Source: Atractiella rhizophila (Eukaryota). Taken from it: a DNA stretch of 32,366 nucleotides. Position 1 is the stretch's first letter; each line of letters opens with the position of its first letter. The stretch is taken from NCBI GenBank assembly GCA_021432655.1, contig MU271683.1, positions 1 to 32,366 of the forward strand, in the 5' to 3' direction. Under the pieces are notes generated by a model. The model was not told the origin of the DNA and did no database searches. It saw nothing but the letters and a program-made list of their open reading frames with translations. Shown piece by piece: positions 11,575 through 19,370 of the stretch. A program made the position numbers and the translations under genes.

Positions 11575-11933
11575 GACTCACCAACAAACCGGTCGCCGAT
11601 CTGTCCGTTGAGGAACAGACCGGCGCCTCGCCTAGACCTATGTTCAACAATGTGACTAGGGATTCACCCAGCGAGGCATGTAGAGGAGTAGGACCTCTTA
11701 AAGTGAGGGGGAGGGGACCTCGCGATTGAGGGCAATTTTCGTAAATGCGACATTGGTGATGGTGCGAGAACGCAATGAGCATTCGTCTTTGACGGGCGAC
11801 GAATGGACTCACCAACGACCAAGTCGCCGACTTGTCCGTTGAGGAACAAGTCGGCGCCTTGCCTTGACCTAAGTATCAAAGACTAGGATTTCACCCGGCA
11901 AGGCATATAGGGGTGTTGGACCCCTTAAAGTGA
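11575..11933 (-). repeat. Two direct repeats of about 130 bp (11575-11706, 11806-11933) forming a conserved multi-stem RNA structure
   Basis: Differences between the copies are concentrated in paired positions that compensate each other (see findings). Confidence 0.8.
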
Positions 11934-14900
11934 AGAAGGCCCTTCAGCGCGTTTTCGTCGAAGGTTACGGAAACGCGCATTTGGGCGATTTTTGGCGGGT
12001 TCGGTATGGAATCGGGACGAACTGCGAGGGGATGTGCAGTGTGATAGTCTTTTATGGCATCTTGTGAGTTTTCTAGATCTGTGATGTTGATCCACTCGTC
12101 TTCAGATGGTGAATACCCTTTGTATCGAACGCGATATTTGAAAACTCTATTTCGGGTACCGAACCATTTCCCATCAACAATTTTTTCTACTTCCCATTCC
12201 TCAATTCCATTCACCAATTCCGGAGGAGGTTTGGGCAACTGGACTCTGCCCGGAATGTCGTCTTCGTTGACTTTTCGATTGCCACATAATGGATGTCGTC
12301 TTGGTTGACTTTTCGTATTAGCGTCCCACATGGAACACTGGATGTATCTTCCATGAGGATGGCAACTCGAGTTTGAAGGTTGAGGGGACCCACAACACTT
12401 GCAAAACGCGAAAAGGGCCATGCCATTTGTCGTCTAAACTTTTTGACAGGTCTCGTCGATTTGATGTTTTTCGCGCTCAACCAGACGAAATCGCCGACAT
12501 GATATTCGGGCGCCGGTGCGCGTTTTCTGTCATAATGTTTTGCCATGAGATCTGCTGCTTGCTCGAGTGCCGCTTGTGCTTCCCGGTCGGCGGTTTGCAT
12601 CTTTTCGACGAATTGCGCCGCCGCGGGAACGTCCTCGTCGGAGATGGGTTCAAAGGCCATGCGGGGATGTTGACCGCAATCGAGCGAAAATGGAGTTACG
12701 CCCGTCGCCGAACTGTACGCGATTGTTGCAGCTGCAAATTCATGCGTTGTGGCGTGCTTGCTCCAGCAATTTCATCTCTCTCCGCAGTGGCGGCATGGAG
12801 TTCGGCCCTTTTCCGAACTTAGCGATTGTTAGTGAATGCAGGGAGTCCTTCCACCCAATTATCCTGAAGGTGGTTGCAGAAAATGCGCAAATATTGTTCA
12901 ACCTCTTGGTTCATACGTTCAGTTTGACCATCAGTCTGCGGGTGATAGGCTGTCGATGGTGAACCTTTGATACCTAATAGGCGAAAAAGTGCAGATGTGA
13001 ATTTGGACACGAATTCTTTGCCTCGATCGAAAATTGCGACATCAAAGAGTCCGTGTAGCTTCCATACATGATCGCGAAAAAGTCTTGCAAGGCCTTCTGC
13101 ATCCATCGTCGAATGGGTAGGGATGAGATGGGTGCGTTTTGAAAGTCTGTCTACTATGACGAAAATCATGTCAAACCCCCCAGATTCTGGGAGTGGTCCA
13201 ACCAAGTCCATGCTGACAATTTGCCAGCGACGTGTGGGAATGTCATTTGGTTGCAAAAACCCGACAGGTGGGGAAGGAAAGTGTTTCGTTCTGTGGCAAG
13301 TGTGACAGGCGCCGACATAGCGGCGGACGTAGTGCGCTAAACCTGGCCACCAATAGTACCTTTTCACTAGAGCTGTCGTCGATTTTACGCCTGGATGACC
13401 GGCGATTTGCGAATCATGTAGGTCTTGCAAAATCGAGCGGCGAATTTCGTCGTCGCGGGGAATGTAGAGTTTTCCGCGAAAGTAGACAGCGCCATCGACT
13501 TCTTGCCACTCCCGTCGGCGAATTGCGTCGACTGGTTCGTCTAGGATCTCTCTCAAGGCTTTGACTACTTGTTCTTCTCGTTCAGGTACCTTTTTCACGC
13601 GTTCCAGTATACTCAACTCCGACGTTTGTCTAGTGAGCGCGACCGCGCTCCCAGTCGCGCTGATCGTGATACGATCCGTGTTGAAAAAACGTTCTGGGAG
13701 TAATACTACGTCAAAGTTATCGCAAGTCGCCGGTTTGTGATCCGGTCGCCGACTGAGCGCATCTGGTTTTGCGGAGTTCCGTCCAGGACGGTGTAAAAGT
13801 GTGAAGTTGAAGGATGCAAGTTCGGTGATCCAACGTGCCTGTCGGCGATTCAACTTCTGCGGCATTCTGAAATACTCGAGATTTTTGTGATCGGTCAGGA
13901 TCAGAAATGGCTCATCAGTACCTTGTAGGAGGTGTCTCCATTCTTGTAGTCCTCGCATAATCGCGAGCATTTCTTTGTCGTAGGTGTCGTAGTTCCTCTG
14001 GGCGGCGTCGAGCGATTTTGACACGAAACCGAGAGGATGAAACTTCCCATCTGACTTCATTTGCGACAAAACGGCGCCTGTCGCGAAATTTGACGCATCA
14101 ACTTCAAGCAAAAATCGTCCTATTTGTTCGGGATGTGCTAAAACGGGCGCCGAAGTCATGAGCCGCTTCAAAGCGGCGAACGAACGTTGCTGATCTACCC
14201 CCCAGACCCAGGAAATCTCTTTTTTGGTCAGTTCATATAGAGGTCTCACGATGTGACTAAATCTGTCACAAAAGCGGCGATAGAAATTAGCGAAACCAAG
14301 GAACATTTGGACTTCCTTCATGTTTTTCGGTTCCGGCCAATCCATCACTCCTGCAACCTTTACTGGATCCGGTTCAATCCCCCTGCTGGTAATGATCAAT
14401 CCTAGATACTCTACTTCGCTTTGACACCAGACACATTTCTGCAAATTTACGTAAAGTCCATTTTCGCGTAAAATTTGACAAACTTGTCGAACGCGTTCCC
14501 AGTGTTCTTCTTCAGTTTCTGTCGCAATTAGGATGTCGTCTATGTATATGAAGATGAACGCAGCGGCGATCATGGCGCGGAAAATAGAGTTCAGGAAAGC
14601 TTGGAAGGTCGCCGGTGAGTTGCAGAGTCCGAAATACATTACCAATGGTTCGAAAAGTCCCCGATTTGTGCGAAACGCCGCTTTGTGTTCGTCTCCTTCT
14701 TTGATACGAACGTTGTTGAACCCTTTCCTCAGATCAATCTTGCTGAAAAACTTCTTACCAGAAACCATGGAAAAGAGGTCAGCTTGAATAGGGAGTGCGG
14801 TCTTGTCTTTGACTGTGGCTTCGTTCAGCTTTCGATAATCGAAAAGGGGACGAAGTTCGGAGGAGTCTTTTTTATGCGTGAAAAAAACAGAAGCTCCATG

Positions 14901-15857
14901 TTCACCTGTGCTAGGACGTATACGACCGGCGCTTAGTTCGGCGTCAATGAACTGGTCGAGCGCCGCTTGTTCGTCTCTTTTCAAGGGGTAGACCGGGCCC
15001 GCATATGGTCGTGATTCGGGTATGAGGTTGATCGCGTGATCCCAAGGACGTCGGGGAGGAAGAGAAGTTTTGAATTTTTCGTCGTCGAAAATGTCCGCAA
15101 AATCGGCGATTTGCGTTGGTATTTCGACGACATTTTTTGGTCTCATCGCCGCTGCGTCTTTCGCCAGTTTCTGCGATTTTGTCATAGCGGCTCGTATCGA
15201 GGTAGATGATGGCGGGAATTTTTCGCGAGTGGTAGACACGTCATCTGCATTGCAACTGGTAGGGCAACGAGAGAACTCAACTTTCCCTGAGTCCCAGTCG
15301 ATCTCTGGGTTGTGGTGTCTTAGCCAGTCATGGCCTAAAATCATGTCGACAGTCCCTAACTCCGCTACAGCAAATTGCCAAACTTCATGGTGAGCGGCGA
15401 TCGAAATGGGCAAGTAAGTAACAGAATGGATGGATCCTCCTTGATTGAGGGATCCGTCGATGTTATAAACAGGTACTGGGGAGGGAAGTTGAGTGACAGG
15501 TAGGTTGTATGCCGAAACGAGTTTTGGAGAAATGAAAGAAGTAGTTGCGCCGCTGTCGACGAGCGCCGATGTGGCCTGTCGGCGATGGGAATGCGGATGG
15601 TGGAATGCGGTTCTGAGCTTCGTCTTCGAACTGACAAGGGATGCTGTTGTCGAGCGTAGGTGGACTTTGTCGTACATTTTTGCGACTTCTGCGCATCTTT
15701 GTCTCCAGGAGGGAAAACGCAATTTCGGGAATGGGGAGTCTTGTTCAGATGGGGGGAATACCGTGCTGGGCGGCATTTTGTTGGAAGTGATTTTAGATGA
15801 CATAAATGAATTGCAAGTCGGCGATGGGGACACTTCTTCCACCCACCGCCGTCCTAA
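11891..15857 (-). CDS. pol: Pol polyprotein (aspartic protease, RT, RNase H, integrase, chromodomain); frameshifted between about 12200 and 12850
   Basis: Protease LVDSGAT; RT FDYRKLN, KIDLRKGF, MYFGLCNSPATFQ, YIDD; RNase H VDAS, YDKEMLA, TDHKNL; integrase HDSQIAGHPG..CHTC, MDLVG, FDRG, HPQTDGQTER; chromodomain EEWEVEKIVD..KYRVRYKGYSPSEDEW at about 12040-12205. Confidence 0.95.
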
Positions 15858-15863
15858 AAATCC
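15781..15863 (-). promoter_or_regulatory. Putative -1 ribosomal frameshift signal (G GAU UUU plus downstream stem-loop or pseudoknot)
   Basis: Heptamer at 15857-15863 directly precedes the gag UAG and pol is in the -1 frame. Stem CGGCGGUGGG/CCCAUCGCCG starts 5 nt downstream. Confidence 0.8.
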
Positions 15864-17164
15864 TCCTCAAGATCTTTCGATTGGGTAACACTCGTTTTCG
15901 GCGACTGATCGGCGAATTGTCCAAATTGTCGTTCTTGGTGCATCATTTTCGAATCAAAATATTCTCCCTGGGCCCGAAGATATTGCTCCTTGTTCATAAT
16001 CGTTCTACACTCCCTTTCCCGGTGTCCTATCTTTTGGCATCGCCTGCAACGGGGAGGTCTAGACTTTGTCGCGTCGACTTCCATGTCATCGGGGTCTTTG
16101 GCCCTATGAGCGTGTGGAGCGGCGTTGGGTGACGGATCGGCGACCGGTGACAAGGCGGCGCTCGGTCGATACGATACGGGCGTTCTGTTCTCTCTGTGCT
16201 TTGAGGATTTTGAGTTGTCCCTTTTTGCAGAAAACGTATTTTGTGGTCCGTCTTTCGCCGATGGGATGTTTCGAAAGAAGGTTGAATGCGCAGATTCTTC
16301 CGCATCAATTCGCCGAGATTTTTCTTTCCAGTCTTCCAGCGATTTTGGGAACTCCCCTTGGGTTACTTTGAGATGTAGGGTAGGATTGAGTCCTCGTTTG
16401 AAGAAAAAGGTAAGGGCTTCATCATCAAAGTCAGCTTGATTTGCCAATTCTTCGAACTTGATGATGTAGGTTTCTAGGTTCCCCTTTTGCTGGAGGGAAG
16501 ATATTTTTGTCTGTGCAATGAGCTTGTGGTCTGTCTTGCAGAAACGCGCTTTGAACTCCGACAAAAATTGTTCCCACGCAATTTGTTCCTCATTTTCGAC
16601 AAGTCGGCGCAAAATCCCAGCGGCGAATTTTTCCGCATCTCCTTCTTTCATGTAAGAAAGGGTAAATAGGATTTTCGATTTTTCAGTCGGGAATTGACCT
16701 GGAACGGTAGAGGTGTAGACGTAAATTTCACGTAAAAATGTCGGAGCTGTGTTAGGAGCTCCTTTGAAGATTGAAGGTGGAGCGAGCTTGATTCCTGCAT
16801 ACGGTGCTACTTGGGCAGTCTGGGATATAGACGGAGGAGAATAAGTTTGAGGTATTGGGTCTGTTCGCGATAAGAAAGGAGAGGTGGTTCCACTGTCTCT
16901 AGGAGGGGGCAGTCTGGAGTCCAATAATTGCAAAATTCGATCGTTTGTGTTTTGGACGTCGGACCTCAGTTGCGCAATTTCGTTCGCATTCTGGGAGGTT
17001 TGCGCATTTTGTTGGTTGAAGCTTGATATGAGGTCTTGTTCGAGTTTTTTGAATTGCTTTTCAGTTGTGAGGTGTAGAGTTTGGAACATCCTTTCTAAGT
17101 GCTGGATGCGTTCTTCGCTCGTCGGCGGTTCGCGCGTTTCCATATCTCCCCAAATCTCCGACAT
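15854..17164 (-). CDS. gag: Gag (capsid plus CCHC zinc knuckle), 436 aa
   Basis: N-terminal coiled coil; PSIFKG..FPTEKSKILFTLSYM capsid region; LQQKGNLETYIIKF MHR-like segment; DPDDMEVD followed by CRRCQKIGHREREC (CX2CX4HX4C). Confidence 0.95.
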   Translation of the reverse strand: MSEIWGDMETREPPTSEERIQHLERMFQTLHLTTEKQFKKLEQDLISSFNQQNAQTSQNANEIAQLRSDVQNTNDRILQLLDSRLPPPRDSGTTSPFLSRTDPIPQTYSPPSISQTAQVAPYAGIKLAPPSIFKGAPNTAPTFLREIYVYTSTVPGQFPTEKSKILFTLSYMKEGDAEKFAAGILRRLVENEEQIAWEQFLSEFKARFCKTDHKLIAQTKISSLQQKGNLETYIIKFEELANQADFDDEALTFFFKRGLNPTLHLKVTQGEFPKSLEDWKEKSRRIDAEESAHSTFFRNIPSAKDGPQNTFSAKRDNSKSSKHRENRTPVSYRPSAALSPVADPSPNAAPHAHRAKDPDDMEVDATKSRPPRCRRCQKIGHRERECRTIMNKEQYLRAQGEYFDSKMMHQERQFGQFADQSPKTSVTQSKDLEEDF

Positions 17165-17195
17165 TTTTTATGTTTGGTTTCAAAATTTTAAGGAG

Positions 17196-17205
17196 AGAGT
17201 ATTCT
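17196..17205 (-). other. Self-priming primer-binding site (AGAAUACUCU)
   Basis: Lies 2 nt inside the 5' LTR boundary, lacks the TGG of tRNA-primed PBSs, and is exactly complementary to AGAGUAUUCU in the LTR (17320-17329). Confidence 0.75.
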
Positions 17206-17207
17206 TC

Positions 17208-17695
17208 TGTTAGGGCTAACACTATGTGCGGTCGCCGATAGGCGATGCGTCTGTAGTGGAGGTAAACCTAAGAATAGTATGGCATGAGAAGACTAACCTG
17301 TAGTGGAGGTAAACCTAAGAGAATACTCTGAGGTCACCACCACTACATCTCGATGTATATATACATATGTAAAAGCACTGCCATAAACTGTATCATAAGT
17401 TTCTTGAAACATGTAAGATAGCTAGATCAGGAAAGCAATAAAAGGAAAACTCGGAAATAAGACATACTGAGCAGTACAAGTGAGAAAGGACAATAAAGCA
17501 TTAATGGAGACGGTGCAGACCGGCGAAATGTATAAGGTTCGCTGAGCGGCGATTCGTGTGAGACAGGGGAAGGCGGCGATCAGCAAGAACGTGAGCAAAG
17601 CGGCGATGGGCAGGCGCGTGGTCCTATGGCATGGTAAAGTGGGTCACGTGACTTCAGATGGTGCGTTTCGGTAATGCGTAGGGGCAAGCCTGACA
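17208..17695 (-). repeat. 5' LTR (488 bp)
   Basis: TGTCAGG...CCCTAACA on the minus strand; direct repeat of 8765-9254. Confidence 0.97.
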
Positions 17696-18190
17696 CTATA
17701 GAGGTCCAGGTATTCGAGGCAAGAAGATATGTGAAGGCCTGCTGCGCCTGAAGCGGTCCTCCACATTGTAAACTTTGAGCCATCTGATCCTGTCACCCAT
17801 CCTCCGCAGAAAGCTCTCGATCTTCTCCTTCCTCCACTTTCTCGAACTCCATGGTTGGCTAAAGCTGACATTATCCATCCATTGTAAGCCTTCGATTGCA
17901 TTCAACACAATCTCCGCCTCCTTGACATTCCAAAAAGTGTCCATCTCCACTGTCATGACATTCTGTGAGCCAGCGATGACCTCCTTCACTTTCTCAACAT
18001 TCATTCTTTGGTAAAACCTCAGTTTGTCCTACAATGTCCAGCACCAGGATAGAGTTTCAACCACTTATATTTTGCCACCACAAAATCAGGTTCACCTCAT
18101 TAAGAAGCTGAAACAGTTCTCCAGAGCTGGCGTACTTTTGAGGAAATGGTACTATCGTTGAGGAAACTGAAAATGCAAGAGAGGCAGGCT
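17696..18190 (-). pseudogene. Truncated paralog of the LRR/RNI-like gene at the window end, cut by the LTR
   Basis: 17696-17797 aligns with 32265-32366 (tatagaggtc.agg.attcgaggc..ctttgagc..tctgatcctgtcac; LEYLDLY vs LEFLDLY). Frameshifted and stops at the LTR. Confidence 0.75.
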
Positions 18191-18193
18191 CTA

Positions 18194-18505
18194 CACTGCC
18201 ATAAACTGTAACGTATGTTTCTTGAAACACGTAAGATGGCTAGATCCGGAAAGCAATAAAGGGAATACTCGGAAACAAGATATACTGAGTAGTACGAGTG
18301 AGAAAGGTTAATAAGGCGAAAATGGAGACGGTGCAGACCGGTGAAATGTATAAGGTTTGCTTAGTGGCAATTCGTGGGGAAAGCGGCGGACAGCGCGGGC
18401 ATGAGCAATGCGGTGATGGATAAGCAGGTGATCCTATGATGTGGCAAAGTAGGTCACGTGACTTCATATGGTGCATTTCGGTAATGTGTAGGGGCAAGCC
18501 TGACA
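18194..18505 (-). mobile_element. Truncated LTR (U3 part only) of the same family
   Basis: cactgccataaactgt...ggggcaagcctgaca matches the last 320 bp or so of the LTRs; decayed, with a small deletion. Confidence 0.9.
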
Positions 18506-18598
18506 GATATGTTGTCACCGATAGGGATGAAGTGACTGTCCTGTTTGGAGTATAATGCGATGATGGAACGGAAGGTACTGTGTAGTACGTATAGTAAG

Positions 18599-19026
18599 TG
18601 TCAGGTTTGCATCTTAAGCAAATCGACGCCCGTTCGCCGGATTGCGTCTCCTATCGCCCATTTACGTTCTCTGCGAATCGGCGCCCGTTCGCTACTCTGC
18701 GGCTCCCGTCGCCTATTTGCGCCCATTTGTGCCTGCATCACCTCTTAGCCCTTTGTGTCTATTCTCCTCTTATTAACTCCCGCGTAATCCCACTGTCACT
18801 TCCCCCTTTTAGTTCTCTTATGTGTTTCATCTGCTCTCCTCTACACTCTGTGGCAGTGTTATTCCACTTGTATATATAGATCAGAGGGTAGTGGAGGTGA
18901 CCTTAGAATATTCTCTTAGGTTTATCTCCACTACAGGTTAGTCTTCATGTCATATCATGCACTTAGGTTTATCTCCACTACAGACGCATCACCCATTGGC
19001 GACCACATATAGTGTCAGCCCTAACA
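18599..19026 (+). mobile_element. Solo LTR of a related subfamily with 5-bp TSD GTAAG
   Basis: TGTCAGG...GCCCTAACA flanked by GTAAG at 18594-18598 and 19027-19031. The last 140 bp or so match R/U5 of the main family; U3 differs. Confidence 0.9.
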
Positions 19027-19099
19027 GTAAGGTAACTGTTGCTATGTTGTGCATTCAATGGTCTCTCTTCAGGTTTTCAATCATCCCCTCCCAAGCAAC

Positions 19100-19370
19100 T
19101 GTTAGGGCTGACATATAAGGCTATCAAGTAGGGGGCTGCCAAGTAGAGTGGATATCTTAAGAGAACCAATCTGGATATCTCGCTCCATTGGCAGGTGTAT
19201 TTATACACAGATAGCCACAAATTTCAGAATGTTCCAGCATACTTCACACCGAACTTTGCAGGGCTGGGTTAGTGTTGACATAGGGAAGGCTTAGTGCGGC
19301 TGTAGTGCAAATGTTAGAGCTGGTTCTCCTTGTGAGCAAACTAAGGCAAACTACAGGCAAACCTGCTATT
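19100..19370 (-). mobile_element. Possible diverged LTR fragment of a further subfamily
   Basis: Begins tgttagggctgaca (same U5 terminus) and has cttaagagaa and a gtgtatttatacac TATA-like palindrome in the same order. The other end is not defined. Confidence 0.35.

Larger units (their letters stand above)
8765..17695 (-). mobile_element. Ty3/Gypsy chromovirus LTR retrotransposon (Tf1/sushi-like), near full length, with an extra antisense gene
   Basis: Two TG...CA LTRs of about 490 bp, gag, pol in the order PR-RT-RH-IN, chromodomain, PPT and self-complementary PBS. Confidence 0.97.

Noticed and set aside
11575..11933. Assignment to hammerhead or hairpin ribozyme
   Set aside because: No CUGANGA/GAAA core or hairpin loop A/B consensus seen on either strand; left as an unknown structure.
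17190..17207. tRNA primer-binding site
   Set aside because: No TGG next to the LTR; complementarity to the LTR itself explains the sequence.
12054..17213. Numerous plus-strand ORFs over gag/pol, and similar shadow ORFs over the beta-helix and kinase genes
   Set aside because: Antisense shadows of real coding frames, with no motifs or splice support, unlike 9379-10895.
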